The notes beneath the pieces are model-generated. The model was not told where the DNA came from, ran no database searches, and saw only the letters and a program-made list of their open reading frames with translations. Of a DNA stretch of 33,535 nt, positions 1 through 9,926 are shown piece by piece; within the stretch, counting starts at the first letter, position 1, and the number at the start of each line of letters is the position of its first letter. Both the position numbers and the translations under genes were made by a program. This DNA comes from Basidiobolus ranarum (Eukaryota): positions 1-33,535 of the forward strand of contig JASJQH010000073.1 in NCBI GenBank assembly GCA_040143965.1. Reading direction: 5' to 3'.

Positions 1-1028
1 TCCAAATAAAATCATTTCGTCTGAGCAAAATGAATCGGAAGATATTTCAAAAAGACCAATATCCACAAAACGCCCCCAGTTTTACTCTCAATACTTCAAA
101 GAATATGAAATAATGATTGAATTCACTAATCTTCGCAATTCGAACCATTGTCCTAGTGGGATTTATATTATGCCATCTCTAGACGACATGAACGGTATTC
201 ATTTTAAGATAGCTTAGTTTTATCTTTCTCATTCTTATACTTGGATATTTTCGGAATAGTATGGTATGGGTCAATCTTCGTTCATAAAGGGTATTTCAGA
301 AACGGGATTTTCAAATTTAAACTTACCATCCCACAAGAATATCCTTTTTCCTGAGCAGTTTTCTCGACTAATATTTCGTTTGTTTACTTCCTTAACTGTT
401 TGTACATATCCCGATAAAGCGCCCTCTATCAACTTCATCAATGACGTATTTCATCCCTTAGTGGATGTGTATCGAAACTTTTCTCTAAAGCAACGGTTTC
501 CTCAGTGGATACCTCACAAAGATTATATCACTCATATTCTCCACTACATCAAAAACTCCTTTAAAAAATCGGTGCTTGATAATCTTCAACAGCACAGTTG
601 TCCAAATCAAGAAGCCTGGCTTATGTAAATATTCAATTTGTATTACAAGAGTTCTAGGATACCAAATAACCATGTTGATTGTAGGTACCATAATAAACCG
701 GCAGTATTTGCAGAGTTTGCCAAAAATTGTGCGGAATACTCGGTGATGGATTCAAATCTCTATGGTGACCATCAAGGCTCAAGCTCCATCAGATTCAACA
801 AACTATCGGATCAAAAATTTGGTGAATCGTGAACGTCACTTCAATATCTTTAACGTATATAACTAACATTTTTATATGGAAGCAGAGGAACTTAAATCCA
901 TAATCTTAAGTAGATCGGTGAGTTCCATTCTCACGCCCTTGATAAATATGGTATCTAACATCACATTACAGATACACTCAACTGGGAATGACAAGATTGA
1001 AGATCTTACCTCTGTATCCGGTAGATAA
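1..1028 (+). CDS. AKTIP/FTS/Crossbronx-like ubiquitin E2 variant (UBC fold), 5' end outside window, multi-exon
   Basis: Manual splicing gives ...YFKEYEIMIEFTNLRNSNHCPSGIYIMPSLDDMN/VWYGSIFVHKGYFRNGIFKFKLTIPQE/YPDKAPSINFINDVFHPLVD...PQWIPHKDYITHILHYIKNSF..., which matches the AKTIP-type pattern (W.G.IFVH.G.F..G.FKF...IP..YP...P...F...VFHPLV). Introns at about 195-260, 339-405 (AT-AC), 624-684, 822-884 and 917-971; stop TAA 1026-1028. Confidence 0.8.
339..405 (+). other. U12-type (minor spliceosome) AT-AC intron
   Basis: 5' site ATATCCTTT (339-347), branch site TTCCTTAAC (388-396), terminal AC (404-405). Removal joins GA|A TAT CCC (E-Y-P) in frame; retention gives an in-frame TGA. Confidence 0.92.
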
Positions 1029-1503
1029 CCTGTGGGTTCAGGCAGGGCGTCTTGCATTGCGTTGAGTACTTTTACAATCCCACCTAGAGAACATCCTTAC
1101 TTTTAAATTGAAGGCTCTATACCCCTTCATGTCCAATAACTGCATTGAATCAACAATTTGTTTGTGTATTAAATAAAGCCTTACGATATGTTGCATGGTT
1201 TGGAAAGCAAGTCAACGTTGTAGATTCAGCTTGCAGACTCTTGATAGAAAAACTTGACACGTACTAGATTACTCTTGTATGATAACTTCCGATTTACTTG
1301 ATTTTAGAGATCTCAGCATATCCAAACTTTCCAAGGAATCTTAGATATAATCACGCCTAAAACAATATGCGGGCGTATTGTTACAATACTTTTTCTTTAT
1401 TGATAGAGTGATCCGTGATATTAAATGAGCAATCCAATTAATTCCCTGTTTTGTTTAAATTCGTCTAAACTCCTGATAATACCTTCGTACCCTCTATACA
1501 ACC

Positions 1504-2302
1504 ATGAACCCAGAAAAAGAACCACAAGAAGGAACGAGAATTGGCCTTGTAGCTAGAACACAATTCTATGTATCCTTATGGTACAATAAACTTCTTGCAC
1601 AAACATTATCACCACTAAGCGGTTGGACTTGGTGGAATCGGTATAGTCTCATTGAAAACAGCCTTCATCATAGTAAACTAAACATATTTTATCTCTAGAG
1701 TTGACCAATACGTTCTCATTGGTGCGTTACCTGACGAAACTTTAGTCAAAGAGTTAAAAGAAACTGTAAATTTAAAATACGTTGTCAACATGTGCAAGGA
1801 GTTCGATGAATTATCACCATTGTATAAGAAGTTAAACATTACTCAACTTCGCTTAGAGACTGAGGATTTCACTCTTCCTACTCTTGAAAACATTCGTGTA
1901 GGTATAGAGTACATAGAGAAATGTGTAAAGCAAGCTGATGGAACTATCTACGTTCACTGTAAAGGTAAAATTAAATTATTTTCTAATTTGCACTGAAACC
2001 ACACCTAAAATCTAATTGTAGCTGGAAGAGGAAGGTCAGCGACCTTACTTGTTTGCTACTTGCTCTCACACTACGATCTAACACCTGAAGAGGCTCAGTT
2101 ACAACTAATCAAATCAAGAGCACAGGTAGTTCATCAACAAAAGCCTCTTATTTCACCTTTAAGATGTTCTAAAATTGACTATGTACAGGTTGACAAATTC
2201 ATTTTTCGCAACGAAGTTGTTCAAAAATATTATGAAATCGTACTGGAGCAAGGGGTTTCTAGAGCCCCATTTAAAGAATTCTCAAACGAAAATGTACTCT
2301 AA
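1504..2302 (+). CDS. PTPMT1-like dual-specificity / phosphatidylglycerophosphate phosphatase, 4 exons
   Basis: The spliced product has ARTQFYVSLWYN...WWNRVDQYVLIGALP, VVNMCKE, EDFTLPTL and a catalytic loop YVHCK/AGRGRSAT split by an intron (about 1965-2021). Other introns at about 1641-1698 and 2125-2188. Confidence 0.85.
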
Positions 2303-2420
2303 TAATATCAATGAATGAAATAAATTTTGTTATAATACATATTTTATTTACGATAATGGAAAAACCTAAATGATAAAAATATCAGAAAATGTTCGTATAA
2401 GAAGCAGATTGGATAGTATG

Positions 2421-2520
2421 GATAAAAGCTCAGGAACCCTCGCGTATATGAGCGTTCGCGAAGTTATCGGCATAGTATAATCACGACTGGTGCCAGCAAG
2501 AACTCATCATTGCTTTTATC
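2421..2520 (-). ncRNA. Box C/D snoRNA with antisense element to 18S rRNA helix 18 (CUGGUGCCAGCA)
   Basis: Minus strand: perfect 9-bp terminal stem GATAAAAGC/GCTTTTATC, C box ATGATGA (2510-2504), 12-nt guide TGCTGGCACCAG (2498-2487), candidate D' GTGA (2484-2481), D box CTGA (2433-2430). Confidence 0.85.
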
Positions 2521-2701
2521 ATGTGGGTGAATATATCAAAGGTTCTTATTTACCTGGTGAGGCTTATTGCATCATAGTAACATAACGGCCAGATATTGAA
2601 CATGTGTTTGAAGTGTAGCTTATGCTTGATTACCGATTCCTAGAAGCAAATCGTTAGCATTGTGCATCAACGAGTTGGTTATAGCTTTCAAGAAGATATT
2701 A

Positions 2702-2765
2702 TCAGGTCCAAAATTTGTATAATCAATAAAAATTTCATGTGAAACACGGATTGGAAAAGCATCAT
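2702..2765 (-). ncRNA. Box C/D snoRNA, U18/snR18-region guide (LSU rRNA UGAAACACGGA)
   Basis: Minus strand: C-like ATGATGC (2765-2759), guide TCCGTGTTTCA (2750-2740), D' ATGA (2738-2735), C' TTGATTA (2726-2720), D CTGA (2705-2702). Intronic location. Confidence 0.75.
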
Positions 2766-2921
2766 TTAAAGCCGAGAGAAGTAGGTCAAAGACAAAGCTA
2801 ACTTACATTATTCCAGTAAGTACACGGTCAGAGTTGCTACGTTCATTTATATTTACAGAGCTAACTGTAAAAGAATATGATTAGAAATCAATGTTTGGAC
2901 TATCATGAATATGATATCTCT

Positions 2922-3036
2922 TAGTATTGAATGGTTATGAGTCAGGTGTAAGCTAGAGTAAAGTAGTTATCAGCAATGTTGTTCAGAAGCAGAACTGGCA
3001 AAACTTCGCTTTCATCACGGTAACCACTCAATACTA
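2922..3036 (-). ncRNA. Box C/D snoRNA, snR61/SNORD38-like, copy 1
   Basis: C GTGATGA (3018-3012); guide GCCAGTTCTGCTT complementary to LSU AAGCAGAACUGGC, followed by D' CTGA (2986-2983); C' TTGCTGA; D CTGA (2945-2942); about 16-bp terminal stem. Confidence 0.88.
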
Positions 3037-3179
3037 TGAAAATATCGGTTCACTTAGCAAGAATATACTTACTTTGTGCTTTGCTCAATTTACATACGGT
3101 AACAGGATTCAGTGAAGAAAATACTGAGCTAAATTTACTCGAAAGAATATTAATAAGAGTTCATAAATTTATCGAACTA

Positions 3180-3310
3180 TTGTGTCTTAGTAATGTTAGG
3201 TTACGAGTCAGGCGTAAGCTAGAGTAAAGTAGTTATCAGCAATGTTGTTCAGAAGCAGAACTGGCAAAACTTCGCTTTCATCACGGTAACCTTTCAATAC
3301 TAAGGCGCAA
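3180..3310 (-). ncRNA. Box C/D snoRNA, snR61/SNORD38-like, copy 2
   Basis: Same 77-nt core as copy 1 (C 3284-3278, D 3211-3208) with one substitution; diverged but still pairing flanking stem of about 25 bp. Confidence 0.88.
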
Positions 3311-3459
3311 TATCATTGCTTGGAAAAAATACTCACTTCATACATATTTGACTATACATTCGGCCATTGTGTTCTCCGTTGACGATTTCAGGTCACATAT
3401 ACATATATATATACTGTTAAAGAGAATATTAGTAAAAACTCATGTATTATGTAAGAGTC

Positions 3460-3590
3460 ACTATCTTAGTAATGAGTGGTTACGAGTCAGGTGTAAGCTA
3501 GAGTAAAGTAGTTATCAGCAATGTTGTTCAGAAGCAGAACTGGCAAAACTTCTTTTTCATCACGGTAACCATTCATTACTAAGTAATAGT
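3460..3590 (-). ncRNA. Box C/D snoRNA, snR61/SNORD38-like, copy 3
   Basis: Same core (C 3563-3557, D 3490-3487) with two substitutions near box C; flanking stem CTTAGTAATGAGTGGTTAC / GTAACCATTCATTACTAAG. Confidence 0.88.
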
Positions 3591-3744
3591 ATTTCTAGTT
3601 ATGAACTCTCATTTACCATTATTGCGGAATCGGTTACTCCATCGAGGACAAGGTCAAGGAAGGCATCTTCCAATATGGTTTAAGACCTGAAGTAAGATGC
3701 ATCATTAGGATTGGGGTTCAATATTGTTGAAAGTGATGAATAGT

Positions 3745-3856
3745 AATTGAGTGTTGGATCAGAAACGAGGAATTCCATTATGCGATTTTGACTCATCAAG
3801 ATACTTCCGAAGAAGCTCAGGGTATCAAGACGCGTTCTCTTCATCTCAACATCAAT
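3745..3856 (-). ncRNA. Box C/D snoRNA, snR57-like (18S Gm1572 equivalent)
   Basis: Minus strand: variant C GAGATGA (3847-3841), D' CTGA (3820-3817), UUCG-capped hairpin, C' TTGATGA (3799-3793), 13-nt guide GGAATTCCTCGTT complementary to 18S AACGAGGAAUUCC, D CTGA (3762-3759). The +5 rule hits the G of AACG. Terminal stem ATTGA-TGTTG/CAACA-C-TCAAT. Confidence 0.85.
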
Positions 3857-3910
3857 ATCTAGTGAATTAATAATGAATAAATATCTTACCTGTCTTAATA
3901 GTTGGAGTAT

Positions 3911-3950
3911 GGAAAGATACTTTTTGTCAACCTAATTTTTCAAATTTATA
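3911..3950 (-). promoter_or_regulatory. Candidate TATA box plus pyrimidine-rich (TCT/TOP-like) initiator of the snoRNA host gene
   Basis: Minus strand TATAAAT (3950-3944), followed about 34 nt downstream by CTTTCC (3916-3911), just upstream of the first 5' splice site CAG|GTAAG at 3889. Confidence 0.45.
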
Positions 3951-4325
3951 GATGTAAGCACAAATCTAACCCAGGGAACCCCAAGAATTCAAATCCACAT
4001 TCGACCAATCAATCGAGCCTTATACAATTCCGCGTTCATAATCGAGAATTAGTTTTTTTCGTTGAGGCGCGCTACATACTATGCCCTGTAATAGTATGAC
4101 ATTATTCGTATAGTAATGGGTTTGATATTTTTACCACAATTTTGATTCTTATGTAATGAGAATTTGGAATGTTAATAGTTAATTAGTCTAGTACATTCGA
4201 ATAACATTATTTCAGAACTATAATCATTTAATAATAGAAATATAAAATAAATTATGGTATGTTTCGATAATTCTGCATTCAGTTTATAATTTGATTAATT
4301 CATTAACAAGTAGTGCTAGAGGATT

Positions 4326-5364
<1,039 letters not shown>

Positions 5365-5740
5365 TTACGTCATCTAGAGCAGATGAGAGTGCGTAAGACA
5401 ATTTAACCATCTTCTAAACTTAAGTAAAATATTGGATTAAGTTATATCCTTATGCCTAGCATTTAAACATCAACACAGATTGCGTTGCTGCTTACTTACC
5501 CTTGAATCGTTGGATTTGCGAGCAAATATCAATAATCAAAGTTAGCGAATCAAATTCAAATCTTAGTGATGGCTTGACCTTCCATAATATTCTAAAAAAA
5601 AAACAAAGCATAGATTTTTTCTGAGCTAATTACTCAGAGAGGTAAGAAAAAAAAAGTGAGTGATACGGGAAACAACTTCACAGTGCCACCTTGTTAATAG
5701 AACTCCCTGTGTAGCTTTACTTCGATTTCATTAACATAAC

Positions 5741-7594
5741 ATGTACGCCAAAGAAAGTAACCCCACACTTTTCCTAGGCGGAGAGCGTTCTACCGGACAG
5801 GATGTCAGAAGTCAAAATGGTAAACACTATTTTATGCTCAATGATTCCTCCTCCAGATGAATATTTTCTCTTGAACATCTTGATCTTGTAAACCGATAAT
5901 TTCTGAATCAGTACTAATTTATTCCACTTCTATGATGATTCCTTCATGCTTCAGTCTTGGCCGCCTCTTCCATCGCTAACATTGTGAAGAGTTCTTTGGG
6001 TCCAGTTGGATTGGACAAAATGATGGTTGATGATATTGGTGTAAGTATGCCTACTTCTTTATATTCCCATATACTTTACTCAACTTTTTTTATTTAGGAT
6101 GTCACTATTTCTAACGATGGTGCTACCATTCTCGGTTTACTTGAGGTAGAACATCCCGCTGGTCGTGTTTTGGTCGAACTTGCTCATCAACAAGATAAGG
6201 AAGTTGGTGATGGTACTACTTCAGTTGTAATCATTGCTGCTGAACTTCTCAAACGTGCAAATGAGTTAGTCAAGAACAAAATTCATCCCACTGTAATCAT
6301 CTCTGGTTATCGTCAAGCTTGCAAAGAAGCCTGCAAGTTTATTGCTGATAACATGACTACCAAGGTTGACTCTCTTGGCCGTGAATGCCTCATGAATGTT
6401 GCCAAAACCAGTATGTCTAGCAAGATTATTGGTGTTGACGATGAATTTTTCGCCAATATGGTTGTTGATTCTATGCTTGCCGTTAAGAATGTTAACGCAC
6501 GTGGTGAAGCCAAATATCCCGTTAAAGCAGTCAACATTCTTAAGGCCCATGGTAAGGGTGTTAAGGAGAGTATCCTCGTCGATGGATATGCTCTTAACTG
6601 CACTGTTGCCTCTTCTGGCATGAAGACTCGTATTCAAAATGCCAAGATCGCTTGCTTAGATATTAACCTCCAGAAGGCTCGTATGCACCTTGGTGTTAAC
6701 ATCTTGGTTGATGACCCGGATAAGTTGGAGGATATCCGTAAGAGAGAAATTGGAATCACCACTGATAGAATCAAGAAAATTCTCGACACCGGAGCTAATG
6801 TTGTCCTCACAACTAAGGGTATTGATGATCTATGCCTTAAGTGCTTTGTAGAAGCTGGCGCTATGGCTGTCCGTAGAGTTACCAAGGAAGATATGAGAAG
6901 AATTGCTAAGGCCACTGGTGCCACTATGATCTCTTCCCTTGCCAACTTGGAGGGTGAAGAATCTTTCGAGGAAAGCTATCTTGGTCATGCTGAAGAAGTT
7001 GTTCAAGAACGTATTTCTGATGATGAGTGCATCATGATCAAGGGAACTAAGGCACAGAAATCCGCATCTCTTATTCTTCGTGGTGCTAACGATTACATGC
7101 TCGATGAGATGGAACGCTCTCTTCATGATTCTATGTGCGTTGTTAAGCGTACTTTGGAATCCAACGTAGTCGTTCCTGGAGGTGGTGCTGTTGAGGCCGC
7201 TTTAAATATCCATCTTGAGAACTTCGCTATTTCACTTGGATCCCGCGAGCAACTTGCCATCAATGAATTTGCCACCGCTCTTCTCGTTATCCCCAAAACC
7301 CTTTCTGTGAATGCTGCCCAGGATTCTACAGAGCTTGTTGCCAGATTACGTTCCATTCACAATGAATCTCAAACTACTGATGATGAGGAGAAGAAATCGT
7401 TGAAGTGGCAAGGACTTGATTTGATGAAGGGCGAAATTCGTGATAGCTTGCGTGCAGGTGTTATGGAACCTGCCATGTCTAAGATCAAGTCACTCAAATC
7501 TGCCACCGAGGCTGCTATATCTATCCTCCGTATTGATGATATGATCAAGGTTATCCCCGAACAAAAAGAACAAAGAGACCCTCACGGTCACTAG
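5741..7594 (+). CDS. TCP1: T-complex protein 1 subunit alpha (CCT-alpha), 3 exons
   Basis: Exon 1 [26 protein letters not shown]; exon 2 [22 protein letters not shown]; long exon with [34 protein letters not shown] and [13 protein letters not shown]. Confidence 0.97.
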
Positions 7595-8330
7595 TCTTGT
7601 TCAGAGGTTTTGATTTATTTTTATCATTTTATAGATACTTGTACTTCTTTCTTACTCGATGTTTTCTTCATTTCAATATAAACTTGAAAAACTCCATTCT
7701 ACTCTTCATAATTATTACAATATAATGTGACTTTACTTTATATTCAAATACCATGGGTATAATGTCGACCGCAAGATGTCTCTTGGATGTTCAAACATGT
7801 ATATCCTTGAATCACGTCGCAATAAAATTTTCTCCCTTGGAAACACTGAATTTGTTCACTTAGATTTTATATAGCAACGAAATCATTTTACTAATATGGC
7901 AAGCCAATAAGCGTAAATATTGGAGCATTTGATAAATCCCATAATATCCATGGTGATTATTATTTGAATAAAAACGATTCTTTATGGTAAATTGAAATTT
8001 ATCTACACATTGTACATAAAGTACACGACCTCTTCGAATACCTATGGAGGTTGTGCGATTCCCGTACAATAGATTAAAGTGGATCTTTTAGAGCAGAGTA
8101 TTTGTAATCAACTTATGCGCTGTGTTCAGAGGATTCATACAAAACATCTAAAAAACAGAAAGAATTCTAAACATAAATCAATACACCGTGGCTCGAGTGT
8201 TTAAACGCCATTCAGAGCATGTAGTGTTTAATGTAGTAATCTCAATGTACATTTCGCTTCGGTTCATTTTAGAGGAATAGTAGGATTGAATAATATATGG
8301 GTATATTTTTTATCATTGAGTGTATTCAAT

Positions 8331-9356
8331 TCATTTGTATACATCGGTATTCCGGAAACTAGAATTATCTTTCAAAGCATCGTTATGAGTTTTATACTCC
8401 ATAATGGTATCCGACGGAAGATCAAGTGCACGCTTTAAAGTATCACTAAGAAGGTATCATTAGAAGAGGAGACAATAAATGAACGCGATATTTTAGAGAG
8501 GTTACCGTATTTTCAAATTGACACGACCTTCGTGGGCTGATCGATTCCACACAGAAAGAATATCCTCACTATGGCGAATTGACAATACCGCACCACATAC
8601 TTCTGATCCTACTTCAAATTGATCTCCAATAACCGCCAACACTAAGTTCTCCCAATACCGAGAAGCTAGTCCCTTCTTGAATCGAACAATCCATTTCCCT
8701 CCATTAATATTGGCTTCGTCCTTAAGAGAGTCGTATCAAATTAATACATGTAAAAATAAAAGTACGTAAAAACTAAATAAATACCTCCCAGACAGGTCGA
8801 ACTCCTTGTTTAAATAAGTGATAGTCACTTATGGTTGGAAGCTCATGAGGGCGACGCAGATGTGAGTAGACCGCCCAGTAATCTTCAATCTAAATAACTA
8901 ATATTTAATATTTATAAATACACAACCATTCAACTAAAGAATAGCTATTCACCGAAGAAAAAGAGGCAATCTTCTTCATCGCACTCTCGTAATTTGTTAT
9001 CTTTTGACCAGGTTGACGATGCATAAACCAAAAAACCCAAGTGAAATGTAATGGATGGATGCTTGTGGTAGTGCTAGATGAAGTTACAGGACTTGTAGGC
9101 GGTATTATGTGTGTGTTGACGTTATTAGCAGTTAAGCTAGTCACGGCGGTGGTTGTGTTGGAATTTGATCGTTGTAATTGCTTTAACTTGCTACCGCTAT
9201 TGCTGATGCCACTGATAGAAGAGCCATTTGTGAGGGAGTGAGTGCTACCACTTCTGCTAGGTCTAAAAGTAAACTTTGAATTAAAACAGGCCAATACAAT
9301 AAAGCACCTTAGATGACTTACGGCTTACGAATGCTACTCAAAACAGTTGAATCCAT
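8331..9356 (-). CDS. Class II eIF4E (eIF4E2/4EHP/nCBP-like) cap-binding protein, multi-exon
   Basis: Spliced product has a Ser/Thr-rich N-terminus, then HPLHFTWVFWF...TNYESAMKKIASFSS/EDYWAVYSHL..P..LP.ISDYHLFKQGVRPVWE/DEANINGGKW...ASRYWENLVLAVIGDQF...DILSVWN...MEYKTHNDALKD. Tyr occupies the position of the first cap-stacking Trp, as in class II. The start codon at 9356 is inferred. Confidence 0.88.
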
Positions 9357-9852
9357 GGGTATTAATAGAATTTCGGACGAAACAAGTGGAACAAGAAAAC
9401 AACTGAGGATACACTAGGAGTCAGAGAACGGGATAGAATGCTGTCTAATATGTTACAAAACAGTAAGAATATGGTCACTTTGGAGTAAAATGACTCGAAA
9501 AATATCGTAATAAGGGGGTTGGTTGTTACTTGAGTACTCACAAGTAGGAAGTTGGTTTTTGTTGGGGATGAAAGGACCGAGTTTGCGACAATTCACTATT
9601 GAAAAAAATCCAGTTCAAAGAATTCAGTATACGATGGAGTACGCGAGCTCTCGAGGACTCTATGATATTTTACATTTGTACCTCAAATCTGATTCCCATG
9701 CCATTTTGAGGGTTCAGAAAGTGGTTACCATCTATGCTTGATTTTTAAAAAATTCACAGTAATTGTTATCGAATCATCGTTGACTCGGAGATAAAAAATA
9801 CAGCAATTTTTGTGACCAATCATATATTTTCTCTTGCAAAGGTTCTGAAAGG

Positions 9853-9898
9853 AATAAATTGCATACCATAGCGAGGCGAAGCTCTTCCTCTCTTCCCT
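9853..9898 (+). promoter_or_regulatory. Candidate TOP/TCT-like pyrimidine tract upstream of RPL22
   Basis: 17-nt pure pyrimidine run CTCTTCCTCTCTTCCCT (9882-9898), about 29 nt after AATAAAT (9853) and 45 nt before the ATG. Confidence 0.45.
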
Positions 9899-9926
9899 AC
9901 AGTTGGTGTTTCTCAAAGCTTTTGTC

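Larger units (their letters stand above)
2320..3916 (-). ncRNA. Putative non-coding multi-intron snoRNA host gene (7 short exons, 6 introns); ends approximate
   Basis: Minus-strand GT..AG introns with branch-like motifs at about 3889-3687, 3616-3414, 3336-3129, 3072-2865, 2806-2640 and 2553-2366. Each contains exactly one C/D snoRNA. Internal exons are about 55-90 nt and no minus-strand ORF is listed here. Confidence 0.75.

Noticed and set aside
1570-1578. GTATCCTTA resembling a U12 donor in the PTPMT1-like gene
   Set aside because: It lies within an open coding stretch (FYVSLWY) matching the family N-terminus, and no TCCTTAAC branch site follows.
2834-2844. TTGCTACGTTC, weak complement to a 5.8S-like sequence
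   Set aside because: It is on the opposite strand to the snoRNA cluster and has no correctly placed C/D boxes.
2922-3590. Three interspaced repeats read as a CRISPR array or MITE family
   Set aside because: The repeats (about 77-nt core) and spacers (about 190 nt) are far too long for CRISPR, the context is eukaryotic with no cas genes, and no target-site duplications are seen. C/D boxes and an rRNA guide explain them.
3655-3665. CAAGGAAGGCA, identical to the 18S region bound by U14 domain B
   Set aside because: It falls in a predicted exon with no adjacent box D and no U14 domain A; probably chance.
3036-4099. Short plus-strand ORFs 3036-3227 and 3902-4099
   Set aside because: No recognisable motifs; they overlap the antisense snoRNA host or its promoter.
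6266-7356. Several antisense or alternate-frame ORFs within TCP1 (also 9897-10340 antisense to RPL22)
   Set aside because: Shadow ORFs expected from the biased codon usage of highly expressed genes.
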